A stretch of 64,000 nt of DNA from Octopus vulgaris (GCA_951406725.2 OX597819.1:26412001-26476000); one strand, 5' to 3'. Counted from the first letter of the stretch, positions 43,166 through 57,281 are shown. The notes: generated by a model not told the origin, from the letters alone. Translations and numbers: made by a program.

Positions 43166-44360
43166 CAGAGTGCGTAAGATATTTGAGGACAGATTTATGT
43201 TTATAAAAAAAAACAGAAATATGAAACAGATAACTTTATTTATCAAAAAATGCTATGAGGATAAAAATAAACCTTCTTTACATTAATGTTATGCAATACA
43301 GCCATCTTCAGGTGCAACTACTGCTTCTATAAGATCTAAATCATCTGCATCACGAATCAAGTGGTCCTGGTTCATTTTTGCCATTATTCTGACTATGGCA
43401 GCTTTCAAAGAATTTTTGGTGTTATGGGTGTGTTCATTGACCTCTCTCTCAACATTGCTCCTCATGTAATCGTCCAATGGATTGAGATCTGGGGAGATAG
43501 GAGGCCAAATTTTCGGAGTTGTGTGATCATGAACATTTTCAGCCATCCATACTAGAGCCATGTATGATAGTGCAGAGTTTTACTGAAACACATATGGCCT
43601 TCCATTGTATACACTGTCTAAACAGTTATTTCCAGGTCCAGAATGGAGGCGGCAGAGTTAACTCTAAGGCTTTGTTGAAAGAAGTAAGGAAACATCACAT
43701 GTCCTTCATTAAAACCATAACAGATGCAGGAAATTTTGTATGCATAACACTTGGAACTTCAAATGTGTCTACGCATAACCGTTTCTCATTTCTTGTGTTA
43801 ACTTTTTGATTTTGGTTGAAATTTTTCTCGTTTCTCTGCTGGATTTTTCAGTTTGTTTAAGAGACTTTTAGATCTGGTGTAGTGATTTACTTTTGCTTTT
43901 TCTGATAAATTGGCCTTTCCTCATCATATAAAATTTATATCTGATGTTTTCGTGGACAACATTTCTGACTGTTCCTTCTGACACAGGGAGATCATTTGCA
44001 ATTGATCTCATGGAATTTCTGTGATTGTAATAAATGGCCTTGTTGAACTTGGGTAAATTCAGGTATTTTGATGATTTCAGAGCGTTTAGAATGTTTTTGA
44101 TGCTTTGAAACTGGTGATACATTCCTATCTTCAATCTTTAGCTCCTTATAAACTTTGTAGATGAAAGATCTGGCAACTTTTAAAAATCGAGATAATTCTA
44201 AATCGCTATAGTTAGCCTTTATAATCACGATAACAGCATGCCTCTTGGGTAAGTGGAGGGTTTGCCATTATTATTTTCTGAAACAAAGATTGTACAGATT
44301 TAGCAAAAAATGCAACAATGACCCCAAAAATGTAGGTCCTCAAATACCTTATGCACCCTG
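43166..44360 (-). mobile_element. Tc1/mariner superfamily DNA transposon with decayed transposase (maT/DD37D-like motifs)
   Basis: 25-bp TIRs: CAGAGTGCGTAAGATATTTGAGGAC (43166-43190) and GTCCTCAAATACCTTATGCACCCTG (44336-44360), the right one followed by TA. Fragments MANPPLTQE, SMRSIANDLPVSEGTVRNVVHE, GRPYVFQ*NSALSY and WPPISPDLNPLDDY. D-to-D spacing in this copy is 34, so the subfamily is uncertain. Confidence 0.92.
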
Positions 44361-44402
<42 letters not shown>

Positions 44403-44669
44403 GGTAAGCATACATATATGCTAACAAACATACACCCACATTCATATGCATGCAGTTTATGTAAATGTCGAACAATGAGAACGAGTGTTCAACACCGCAT
44501 TGGCGAACAAAGATTATTTACTTGTGTATTAAGACTACTATTGTGTGTCAGGGTTACCATTTCATATAAAGAAAATATCTTAACAATTTCTTCATGTGAT
44601 TGGTTTGAAAAATTGTTAAGATGTTTTCTTAACCTGAAACCAGTGGCAGCTTTTATTCATGTATACATA

Positions 44670-45394
<725 letters not shown>

Positions 45395-45679
45395 ATATAT
45401 ATATTAACGCACCCGCACGTAGTATATTATTATTACTACAGTTTTGATTTTTGGGAGAACTATGCATAAAATACCTTGTTATAAATGCGATAAAAGGTTA
45501 TACTCGTCAAGTACAGAACTTAATCTAATCTATTAATAGCCACTAGAAAATTAAAAACTTCGGCCAAAATTAGAACACTTGTTAGTTCTAATATAAAGAA
45601 GGCACTAGGAATTTAAGGTACAAGGTATACCAATCTGAGGACTGTGTTACAATTATTTGCAGTTTGAGCAAATATATAT

Positions 45680-46293
45680 AGTGAGAACTTACAAAAACGC
45701 AAAAGACAAAGACAGGTTCGTAAACAACAAAAAGATGTATTAGTTTAAATGCTCGGGAAGTGAGAAAGTCGTTAACATTTCGAGCCTACGCTCTTCGTCA
45801 GAAAAGGACAGAAGATAGAAAAAAGGTTTAGTGGCTAGCGATCTATCATGGGGAATGCCGGACAGAGGGGTCACACAGGAGTGCTAGGGAGAAGGGGAGA
45901 TAATAAAGTAGTGGTGAACTCAAAACGAAGGTGCGCGTGCGTAAGTATGTGAGAGCGTTTATGCGCGTGTGGAAGGGAGATGGTGACATTGACATGTGCG
46001 TGTGTAGGTGTATGGATGATGGTGTAAGTGCTGGGAAATTATCAATACTAGTGTGTGCGGTGGTGTGGGTGCTAGGAAGTGGTCAGTGCTAGTGTGTGAG
46101 GGCTGGTGTGAAGTGGTGTGGTGTGGTATGGTGGTGTGATGGTGTGATGTGGTGGTATGTGGTTTGGTGTGGTAGTGTTGGGGTTTGGGGAGGCGAAAGT
46201 GGGGGAAGCAAGGGTGGGGTCTAAGGGATGGGGTGGAGGGTGTGATGGGATGCATAGGAATGGTAGGGTTGGAATGTGTAGTGTAGGGTAACG
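45680..46293 (-). mobile_element. PLE-like 3' fragment with minimal hammerhead variant
   Basis: Minus strand 45801->45773 reads CTGACGA-A-GAGC-GTAG-GCTC-GAAA-TG-TT. C/A-rich upstream body; TA-repeat flanks. Confidence 0.6.
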
Positions 46294-46503
46294 ATATATA
46301 TATGTATATATATATATGTATATATATATGTATATATATATGTATATATATATATATGTATATATATATATGTATATGTATGTATGTATGTATATATATA
46401 TATATGTATATATATATATGTATATGTATGTATGTATATGTATATATATGTATATGTATATATATGTATATATATGTATATATATATACATATACACACA
46501 CAC

Positions 46504-46555
<52 letters not shown>

Positions 46556-46949
46556 CATACGATACTCAAACTGCAAATAATTTCAGAGTACTTTTTTCAG
46601 CATGTAAATATGCTATTTCTTACAGTCCACATCACACGTCTTCCTTGTTCCAGCTACAACGGAAAGAAAGACACACAAGTTAGGAGAAGAAAATTGTCCT
46701 GGAAAGTATGCGTAAAAGTGAAGGGGGAAAGGGTGATAAGAAACGACAAATAAATAAATAAACTGACAGGTATTTGTATGTATGTGTGTAATTGTATGTG
46801 TTAATGTGTATTCTGTCTCTCTATATACGGTAGTAAGTAAATGTGTTGTAAAAAAGATTTAAAAAAAACTCAGTTAGTAAGGAATAAATGTTTGACTGTA
46901 GATCGTATTTGAAAAAGATTGACAGGTATTCATATGTATGTTTTTTTTG

Positions 46950-47845
46950 TATGTATGTGTGTATTTGTATGCATGTGTGTATTTGTATGCATGTCTGTAT
47001 TTGTATGCATGTGTGTATTTGTATGCATGTCTGTATTTGTATGCATGTGTGTATTTATATGCATGTGTGTATTTGTATGCATGTCTGTATTTGTATGCAT
47101 GTGTGTATTTATATGCATGTCTGTATTTGTATGCATGTGTGTATTTGTATGCATGTCTGTATTTGTATGCATGTGTGTATTTGTATGCATGTCTGTATTT
47201 GTATGCATGTCTGTATTTGTATGCATGTCTGTATTTGTATGCATGTGTGTATTTGTATGCATGTCTGTATTTGTATGCATGTGTGTATTTGTATGCATGT
47301 CTGTATTTGTATGCATTTCTGTATTTGTATGCATGTCTGTATTTGTATGCATGTGTGTATTTGTATGCATGTCTGTATTTGTATGCATGTGTGTATTTGT
47401 ATGCATGTCTGTATTTGTATGCATGTGTGTATTTATATGCATGTGTGTATTTGTATGCATGTCTGTATTTGTATGCATGTGTGTATTTATATGCATTTCT
47501 GTATTTGTATGCATGTGTGTATTTATATGCATGTCTGTATTTGTATGCATGTGTGTATTTGTATGCATGTCTGTATTTGTATGCATGTGTGTATTTATAT
47601 GCATGTGTGTATTTGTATGCATGTGTGTATTTGTATGCATGTGTGTATTTGTATGCATGTCTGTATTTGTATGCATGTCTGTATTTGTATGCATGTGTGT
47701 ATTTGTATGCATGTGTGTATTTGTATGCATGTCTGTATTTGTATGCATGTATGTATTTGTATGCATGTCTGTATTTGTATGCATGTCTGTATTTGTATGC
47801 ATGTGTGTATTTGTATGCATGTCTGTATTTGTATGCATGTATGTA
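46950..47845. repeat. 18-bp minisatellite (ATGCATGT[G/C]TGTATTT[G/A]T) x ~50
   Basis: Read directly; accounts for the MHVCIC/MHTNTD ORFs. Confidence 0.97.
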
Positions 47846-47872
47846 TGACTGTATTCTCTCTCTATATATATA

Positions 47873-48642
47873 TTACTCTTTTACTTGCTTCAGTAATTTG
47901 ACTGTGGCAATGCTGGAGCACCGACTTTAGTCGATGATATCTACCGGAGGAATTATTATTTGTAAAATAATAGTTATCGCCATACTAATATGGCATTCTT
48001 ATAAAAATAAGAATAAAGCTGTCCGCTTATTAGCTCCATGAGGTCATCGCCTTAAGTTAGCTATTTGATACACAAACTGTATCCATATAACCTTCGAACA
48101 AGGGAGGTCAGTCGCTCCACAATACTTGATATATGGATACAGTTTGTGTATCAAATAGCTAACTTAAGGCGATGGCCTCATGGAGCTAATAAGCGGACAG
48201 CTTTATTCTTATTTTTATAAGAATGCCATATTAGTATGGCGATAACTATTATTTTCCGGGAACGCTGCCGCTGTTCTCTTTTAGAGAGACTTAGTAATTT
48301 TAATATTTCTATTATTATTTGTAAGCCTAGTACTTATTCTATTGGTCGCTTTTACCGAACCGCTAAGTTACAGGGACGTAAACACACCAGTATCAGTTCT
48401 GAAGCGATGTTGGGGACCAACACAGACTCACAAACATACACACACAAACGCGCGCACACACACACACACACACATATATGTATATACACGATGGGCTTCT
48501 TTCAGTTTCCGTCTACCAAATTCACTCAGAAGGCTTTGGTGGACCAGAGGCTATAGTAGAAGACGTTCGCCGAAGTTGCCACACAGTGGGACTGAACCCG
48601 GAACAATATTGTTGGTAAGCAATCAATTTACGACACAGCCAC
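47873..48642 (-). mobile_element. SINE family B interrupted by a hairpin insertion
   Basis: Homologous to family B on both sides of 47966-48310. Confidence 0.85.
47966..48310 (+). mobile_element. Short hairpin-plus-tail insertion (PLE-like inverted terminus)
   Basis: 126-bp inverted arms 47964-48089 / 48130-48255 (1 mismatch seen), 40-nt spacer, 55-nt tail. 14-bp TSD ATTATTATTTGTAA at 47952-47965 and 48311-48324. Confidence 0.85.
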
Positions 48643-49222
48643 TGTGGTAGTACGTAAATGTAACTCACAGTTTGTAGGGAATAAATGTTTGACTGTCGGT
48701 CGTATTTGAAAAAGATGTGTAATTATTTATTTATTTATTTATTCATTCATTGTTATCTTGGTGTTAGAAATGGGAAGTGAACCTTCAATTCCCGCCAATT
48801 AGAATGAGGTCATTGGTAATAATAGGTACATATATATGTGTAGATATACGTGTGTATTTACGTAGGATTAGTAGTCTGTCTGCTTATTTGACTCTCACAT
48901 TTTCTCCTTCGTTTCTTTCTGTCTTTTTTCTTGGATCCTTCGTAAACGTTCATAAGAGGAAGTAGCAATTTAAAGGATTTTTTAATGGTAGTAGTACGAG
49001 TAGATAATATTGCATTAGAGGGGGAAATGATTATGTATGCAGTTTTATCGATTTTTTTTCGCAATTAGGTGTTATTTTGACCGAAAATATGCCCCTATGA
49101 CATAATTTATGGTATTTAAAATATTCCAATTTTTTCATCCACTTAATTTGGAATTGGATAAATGTAGGAATTTTCAACATACATACACACACAGAAAATC
49201 TGCCTTTTATAGGTAATACATA

Positions 49223-49559
49223 TCTATATACATAAAACTCAACTTGTGTGTCTGTGTGTATATCTGTGTGTGTGTCTGTGTGTTTAAATTCCCGGCACAT
49301 CTCCTCCTAGCCAACAATTCGTAGAACCACCAAAAGTGGGTCACTTAAAGTTTAGGCAAATGAAAATTGAACTGCGCTATTTCTGTTCCGAAATTCATCT
49401 CGCAAGTGCAAAAATCGATAATGTGTTTGTTTAGGCCTTATCCCATGCATTTTCGTATTAATCGTTTGAACTTTGTGAACACATACCAATTGTTTTCATA
49501 ACATTTTTAACGCTTTGAATTAAACGGGACGATTTTGCAAAGCCGGGCAATACTGCTAG
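49223..49559 (+). mobile_element. Non-autonomous Helitron
   Basis: Starts A|TCTATATACATAAAA, has a GT-rich microsatellite near the 5' end and a GC-rich subterminal GCCGGG, and ends CTAG|T. No TSD. Confidence 0.7.
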
Positions 49560-49718
49560 TATAAATATATATATATATTTCACTTGACAACCGATGTTTG
49601 TGGGCTTACGTTCCCGTAACTTAGCGGTTTGCCAAAGCAGACCGATAAGATAAGTGGTAAGCTTCCAAACAATAAGTCCTGGGGTTGATTTGCTCGACTA
49701 AAGGCGGTGCTCCTGCAT

Positions 49719-49978
49719 AAATAAAAAATGCGCCCTTTTAAAACCTAGCCAGGCTCATGGGCTCGGTTTCCTGCTTTCAATTGTGTATGTGTTCCTCAGC
49801 TGGACGGGACGCCATTCCATCGCAACGTTACTCATTTTTGACAGCTGAGTGGACTGAAGCAACGTGAAATGAAGTGTTTTGCTCATGAATACAACGCGTC
49901 GCCCGGTTCAGGAATCGAAACCGCAATCTTACGATCCTGATACAGACACCCTAACCACTAAGCCAGGCGCCTCCACGT
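49719..49978 (-). mobile_element. tRNA-derived SINE, family D, nested in a SINE-B tail
   Basis: Head GGAGGCGCCTGGCTTAGTGGTTAGGG...GGTTTCGATTCC. 11-bp TSD TGCTCCTGCAT at 49708-49718 and 49979-49989. Confidence 0.9.
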
Positions 49979-50249
49979 TGCTCCTGCATGGCAGCAGTCA
50001 AATGACTGATACAAATAAAAGAATATATACATACATATACATTATATATACACATATACATAATTTCAATAATAAAAGGGTAAATTAATTCATTAATCAA
50101 TTAATTACTCAATTAATTATTTTATAATGAATAATTTTACCAAGTAGTCAGTACGTTAAAAATATTCTCTTTAGGTAAAATTATACAAATATTCTATAAT
50201 TATATATATAATTATAATCAGGGGTCAGAATATTTATACACACACACAT

Positions 50250-50305
<56 letters not shown>

Positions 50306-50309
<4 letters not shown>

Positions 50310-50619
50310 GAAGCTTTATGAAAATAGACAAAAGACGAAGGCAGGTGGGAAACAAACAAACAATTGTATTAGTATGGTGCTCAGGAAATATAAATAAAAC
50401 AAGTCTTTAACGTTTCGAGCCTACGCTCTTCAACAGAAAGATACACAGAGAGAAAAATAACACAGAAAGAAGGAGAGAAAAAAATGCGTGCAGTAACTAA
50501 CGAATCAACATGGCGATCTGATTTCGGCCAGAGGTCAAAGATCAAACATGAGACCCGAGAGCGAAATAAGGGGAGATAATAGGGTTGATAATAGGGTTGA
50601 ATGACCAGCTATTAGTGCG

Positions 50620-50621
<2 letters not shown>
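50306..50621 (-). mobile_element. PLE-like 3' fragment with minimal hammerhead variant, in (TA)n
   Basis: Minus strand reads TCTTT-CTGTTGA-A-GAGC-GTAG-GCTC-GAAA-CG-TT-AAAGA. Homologous to ~45680-45830. Confidence 0.6.
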
Positions 50622-50700
<79 letters not shown>

Positions 50701-50985
50701 TTATTACGGAGATGTACTTGCGTAGCAAGTGACCTGGTCTGAGATAGTGTGCTGGAACGAAAACAATTGCAGCGTGGAAGGTGTTTATAAGCCATTTAAG
50801 AAACACACAAAAACCGTTATATTCACTTCAACATAAAATTCCGTGCTGCACGGAATTTTGTCAGTGAACTGGTCACGGTCTTAAAGCGACGAAAATAATT
50901 TGGCAAATTTAATTTAAATGTTGAAGTGAATCTACCGGTTTTCGTGTGTTTCTTAAATGGCTCATAATCACCTTCCACACTGCAG

Positions 50986-50991
<6 letters not shown>
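50701..50991 (-). mobile_element. Hairpin-plus-tail insertion in (TA)n
   Basis: Inverted arms ~50761-50834 / ~50918-50991, central palindrome AAAATTCCGTGCTGCACGGAATTTT (50835-50859), and a ~60-nt tail on the left. Confidence 0.8.
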
Positions 50992-51038
<47 letters not shown>

Positions 51039-51144
51039 ATCATCTCCCTTGCAATGCAAATGAGCACCCAATTAACTGACGTTGCTACCCAGTCATTTTC
51101 GTTTACATATACAAGAAGGAACATCTGTGTATATACATGCTTAA

Positions 51145-51182
<38 letters not shown>

Positions 51183-52439
51183 CGTGTATGTGCGTGTGTG
51201 TGTGCGCGATTACCTGCCTGCGAGTAATTCCGTGTTAACCGATATCACCTTTCTCTCGGTTATGCTCCTGTGTATGTTGTTAGAACCGAATCATCACGTT
51301 GATGTTGTAATTCCGTTGGTGTACGAACAACTAAGCTGCGCATGTGTGTGTATTTGTGTGTTTGTGTGTATGTGTATTTGTGTGTGTGTGTGTGTTTGTG
51401 CACGAGTATATGTCTTTATATTCATTATTAATAATGTAATCATTAATAATAATATAAGATTGAACTTTGTTATTTAAAATCCTGCTAGACTGAATAAAGA
51501 TGACATATGTGTTACTGCTGACATTAATATTTATGTGCGCATTGTATATATGTCGAGCTAGAAGTGAGATTAAGACAGATACACCAAGTGAAAAATGCAG
51601 GACGCTAAATCTGCATAACCATCAGTAATACTACGTATTGTTATGGAAAATTCAGATTTATTTCCTTTTCTATTACTTTTCTATTGGGATTTGTCGACAA
51701 TCAGATCGTCTTTCTTTTCAATAGTCTGTTTAAAATAAATTAGAAGAAAAACAAAAATAAAACTCTTAATCTTTTGCACTTTGGATTTCTTTTTATTCAT
51801 GTTTTTTTCTTCTTGGTTACAAATCTGTTGTCAAATACTTTGAGCAAGACTTCCTTCTCAATGTCACTACAGGGAACGAAATGCCGAAATAGCTTATATA
51901 ATAGAGAAAAATGAAACTTCAAAATAGCGTTATTTTAGAATTGGGAAAGACGCTTAAGGCGAACTGCTTTAGCTTTGAAAGTAAATGACATACAGAAGAA
52001 AAGTTGTTATATGCAAGCTGCGCAACGAGTCGACTTGGCATGACAGCAAACCCTTCAGTATTAGCTTTCAAATAACATATAAACAATATAGTTTGTTTTT
52101 TTTTACTCAATACGTGAGTTGACTATATCGTTGGATACCTTCAATTGAGTGAGTATATGTTGTATACTGTCTGCCAGCAAATGAGCTGAGTTCAGCAAAT
52201 ACGTATGTGAGTTATTCGCCGTATTCGATATTTTCTATTTCTAGAAAGACAACCGCTACAAGGACGTCAAAAATATATGAAAAGATATGATGCGGTAAAA
52301 CGTCCGCTTTTCTTTTGAGTTTTTGGATTGACTTTAATGTTTTGGGATTCGGTAATGTAAGGTCAAAAATTCACTCTTTTTTAAGTGTATCAAAAACTAC
52401 ATTAATCAGTGTATTATTTCCTTATTTAAAACAGTAGCA

Positions 52440-53030
52440 TGTAATTCGAACACGCTGTAATTCAACATTGAGGATTCCCTCATTGACTTCTTGCTGCTGG
52501 TCATGCTATTGGTGCTTTTGAATTCCATGACAGCTCTTTCAGTTATGACTAGCAAATTCGGGATCTTTTCTTCCAAGGTTCATCTAAGTCTACATTATCG
52601 CCTTTTAATGTTATTGTTGTCATTAGGTACGTTAGTCGTAATGATGCCTATTTTCTTAAGTATTGTTGGTGTTGAGGAATTGCTGTGAAGTTTGTCAGAG
52701 TGGAAGCATCAATAAATATGATAGTTGTGGTGGTCTTAAAAGGCTAGTCAAATTATGATCAAGACGATCTTTCATATGTAGAATATTTCGCAAGGGACTA
52801 ATATGTCAAGAGGCTATTAAACCAGACAGACCATACTTTCGTCTGATGCATCTCCACTATCCAGGATCTTCCTACATAGCTATATGCTCTGTTGGTGACG
52901 AGATGACATGCTAAAACGATGAACGGAATCGAAATGTAACTAGTTGCTGCCCATGTGCATTTATGTCTTATGATATTCATCTCAGTACTTTGCAAATTAA
53001 ATTGCTAGTACTTTTGCGTGTGAGTGTGTT
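52440..53030 (-). pseudogene. Possible highly decayed PLE GIY-YIG endonuclease region
   Basis: Minus-strand IVLACHLVTNRAYSYVGR (GIY..YIG-like) and a later CRL..LEEKI (cf. RCxLCLxEK). Weak. Confidence 0.35.
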
Positions 53031-53565
53031 CCTTTACGTTCAAGTTGAGTAGAAATAAATGTTTTGTTGTTCGTGTTACGTAGTGATTGGTTGTTCCCGA
53101 AACGTTTCGGTCTACACATTCAAACATATCGGTTTACCATTCCTTCTTGGCATTTTCTGGCGTTCCTCCATAGTTTGAATACTTTTGTTTAGAGGTAGCT
53201 GTTATTTATAATTTATATACAACCTGCGACGCTACAAAATGTGTTGTTACTTGTTATTCAGTGTAGACAAAACTAGGACACAACAGCACTGGCATAATAT
53301 ATAGTGGATTTATATAGTGATTATCAATAAATATTATAGTTTGAGTTGTCTAAATGCAATACTCTGGAGTTTTTAAAAATCTTCTTGAGTTTACTAAGTC
53401 ACCTAAGTGAATTCTGAAGTGTTGTTAATTCCTACCCCTCGTCTTGTTGCATTTATTTCCCGTAGTAGGCAAAAGAAAATACGTTGCTAGTTTTAGTACT
53501 AACTTCTATATCTTCGATTTATATTTGTGAATTTGTATAATCGGGATAACCCAGAAACAAAAGTG

Positions 53566-53587
53566 TGACGTCATTTGCGTATGCGCA
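53566..53587. promoter_or_regulatory. CRE palindrome adjacent to an NRF1-like motif
   Basis: TGACGTCA (53566-53573) and TGCGTATGCGCA (53576-53587, 1 mismatch to TGCGCATGCGCA). Motif match only. Confidence 0.3.
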
Positions 53588-54172
53588 GCATTTGTATGTG
53601 TTTGTGTATTGTGGAAATGTGCACTAGTGTTTACGTATACGTAAAAAGTAGTGGGTGGGTGAGTGGACAAATTCTTGTTGAACACAGTTTACGGAATTAT
53701 AGATTCTGGACGTGCGTATAAAGCTTGGTGATCTGATTTATTATTTACACATCCACGCTTTCCGTTTATTCTAAAACAATGGTTGTAGTTAGGAATATAG
53801 CTCAAAGGCATTCGTGGTCAAACAGAATTCTAAATAAACGATATGACCACCCACATCTTTTCCTGTGTACTGGATCGCGTAATATGGACTTTCAAAGAGA
53901 CTTAGCTGCTAAATATAACAGGACACTTGGTTGGTTGCGGTGTTGATTTTGTTGTTTGGGGAGATGATATTGTTGGTTAGCTCGTGGTGGTTCTGTTGGT
54001 TTTGGTTTTCTTCTTCTTGTGTGTGGTATTGTTACTGGTCATTGTATTGATAGTGATAGTCTTCTAATAAGTAGTGGTGTTTTGGCTGTGGTGGGAGTGT
54101 TGACTACGATATTAGGGATATTGTTGTCTTTCGCTGTGATGTTGCTGCTGTTGTTCTACAAGTGATGCTGTT

Positions 54173-54571
54173 AAGGCGGCGAGCTGGCAGAAACGTTAGC
54201 ATGCCGGTCGAAATGCGTAGCCGTATTTCGTCTGCCGTTATGTTCTGAGTTCAAATTCCGCCGAGGTCGACTTTGCCTTTCATCCTTTCGGGGTCGATAA
54301 ATTAAGTACCATTTACGCACTGGGGTCTATATAATCAACTTAATCCGTTTGTCTGCCCTTGTTTGTTCTCTCTGTGTTTAGCCCCTTGTGGGAAGTAAAG
54401 AAATAGGTATTTCGTCTGCCGTTACGTTCTGAGTTCAAATTCCCCCGAGGTCGACTTTGCCATTTATCCTTTCGGGGTCGATAAATTAAGTTCCAGCTGT
54501 GCACTGGGGTCGATATAATCGACTTAATCCCTTCGTCAGTCCTTGTTTGTCCCCTTTATGTTTAGCCCCTT
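54173..54571 (+). mobile_element. SINE-A dimer inserted as one unit
   Basis: Full unit plus headless unit joined at AAATAG|GTATTTCG (~54406). A single 11-bp TSD GTGATGCTGTT at 54162-54172 and 54572-54582. Confidence 0.9.
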
Positions 54572-55909
54572 GTGATGCTGTTGATAAAGTGGTTTTAGAC
54601 TTAGATCAAACCAGAGCAGCATTTCAACGGTGAGCACAGCACCGTCAATATCGTCATAGGCTTACCCAAGTTTCCAGTATCTTATGTATTCTTCCAGTTT
54701 TAAAACAACAGGTTGTGGATGTCAGAAAGATTTGTCTGCTGTGTTCGAGGAGCTATTATTCATAATATCCATCCTTTCTGGACACACGAAGCTGAAATTT
54801 AGGAAAAATTAGCTTCTCTTTCTAGCAGGTGCCAGCTAGCACATGGGTTGTTGAGGTTGATAGGGATGCTGCTGACACTATTGATCCTGTAGATGTGGGA
54901 ACCACCATACAGAGATGGTGTTGACGAGGATCGTGATACTGGTGATGATGAAGATAATAATGGCGATGGTAATTGTTGATGACATTGTTGTCCTTGTTGG
55001 TGTAGGAACCATTATATACATGTGGTTTTCAAGAGCATAGTGGGAGTAATGATAATCGTTTATGACGTTCTTGCTTGCTTACTGGGATGGCGGTGGTGTT
55101 TATTTGGGAGTGCTAGACCTGTAGATTAATGACCGCAATAAACGAGTCCGTGCGGCCAGTTTCAGCAACTTATCGGATCAACTTCACTTTTTGTCTAAAG
55201 TTGCTAATTCCCTGTAGGATATATATGAACCTGACAATTAACATCTCTCTAAGCTAAAATATTTTGATAATTATTATTTTGTTTTTCGCTTTTGTTTATC
55301 TAGGTTTCATGTTTCGATTCTTTACATCGATAATAATTGTTATCAATAGTCATATTGGTAACAGCATCTAGTCTTGCCATCCATTCAATTATAGTGTTCA
55401 GACAAAAATTTGAAAAAAAAAATAATAAAAAATTGTAAAGAAAATGTAATAAACACTAAATGTTGATCACCATAATTATCGACTTGAAAGTGTAAAGATT
55501 GCTTCAGGGATACCTACGTCTTTTGTTTTCGCTAATGTGTTTTTTTGTTGTTGTTTTTCTTTTCGTAAACGCACTATAGCAGCATCATCTATATGTAATC
55601 ATAGGATGTAGCTGTGTAACTGTGTATGAAAATATGTGTATGCGGCTGGTTTTGTATATGGAAGTGCGTTAATCAAAAGTGTTATCAACAAAGTAGATAG
55701 AAATTTAATTAACAGATGAATGCTATCTTTCTTTTCTTCGTGTTTTTTTTTTATTACTTTTATTATCTTCTATTTTGCTTTCTTGAATCCCATTAATTGA
55801 AATCGCAACTATTTCTCTGCACTCACTTTTCTAATTATACAAAGGAGTTTGTAAAATGTATCTACAGATCTACGTTACAAACTTGATCAATGTCCAGAAA
55901 TGAAAAATG

Positions 55910-55960
<51 letters not shown>

Positions 55961-55985
55961 TTACATATACTTATATACAAATATT

Positions 55986-56033
<48 letters not shown>

Positions 56034-56855
56034 TATATGTATGTCCATAAATTATATATAACATTTATCATATATATTGTACTTATATATATGTACGTAT
56101 GTGTGTGTATGTATGCATGTATGTCTATATTATGTTTGTACGTATGTATATAATACATTACGTGAATAACATATTTACTATAGATATACTTGTATCAATA
56201 TAATTTATATACAATATACATCCATGAGGAAGCGGAGTGCTTTAGTGCACGGACCCAAAACATGCATTATATACATTATATAAAATGTAGAAATCAACGC
56301 AAATAAAGAGAACTGTTTCAACATACACGTTCATATATATAGTATGTGTGTGTGTGTGTGTGTGTGTTGTGTAATTGTATGTTAAAGATTTCATGTTTCC
56401 ATAAAGAAGCTCCATTTGCTGTTTCAGATGTCCTATTGAATTCGTGAGAATGGAGTTTCTTTTTCTGAACATTAAGTGAAATAAAACTGTTTAGGTCTTA
56501 CGTTATTGAAATCCTTAACAAAAATAGAGTGTTTACTCTGGATTTCTAATTTCCTTGTTCTTAGATACAAAATTATGTACATATATATTATGTATATATA
56601 TATATATATAAATATATTAAAAGGCCTCCAAATAAAGAAGCGAGTGCTAGATACACAAAAATGGGATAAATTCATGAAATGGAATGAAAATCAAAAACGT
56701 TTACCATCTCAGCTAATCCTGTACTGCAGTTTCATCTTTTATTTGGAGGCCTTTTAATGTATTTATATATGAATAATGCATAGTCTAATGACTAATTCGT
56801 CTTTTGTGCTAGGTCACTGGTAATAATAATTTATTTTTATTACCCTATTGACTAT

Positions 56856-56905
<50 letters not shown>

Positions 56906-57124
56906 GTGTGTGTGTGTGTATGTGTGTGTATGTATGTATGTATGAGTCCATTGAAATAAACGAATATTAAAATTGACAGAGAACAGATGCACGGTAAGAA
57001 GTAAGAGTTGTTTTGATATTTAGTGCATAGCTCCTCGTCTGAAAGGAGAAACGGAAAAGTTCAAAGAAGGAAAAGAAAACGTCAACAGGACGTGTGTAGT
57101 TATATTGCTGAAGTGACACTCTAT

Positions 57125-57281
57125 ATTTTTTATTCTTTTGCTTGCTTCAGTCATTTGACTGCGGCCATGCTAAAGCACTGTCTTTAATCGACGCCAGGAC
57201 TTATTCTTTGTAAGCATATTTTATCGGTCTCTGTTGCTGATCTGCTAATTTACGGGCTCAGAAACACACACACACATCGGT

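Noticed and set aside
46950-47845. CRISPR-like array
   Set aside because: Contiguous tandem units with no unique spacers, in a eukaryotic context with no cas genes.
46888-47930. 300+ aa ORFs in four frames
   Set aside because: The 18-bp minisatellite is a multiple of 3 and stop-free; there are no splice or coding signals.
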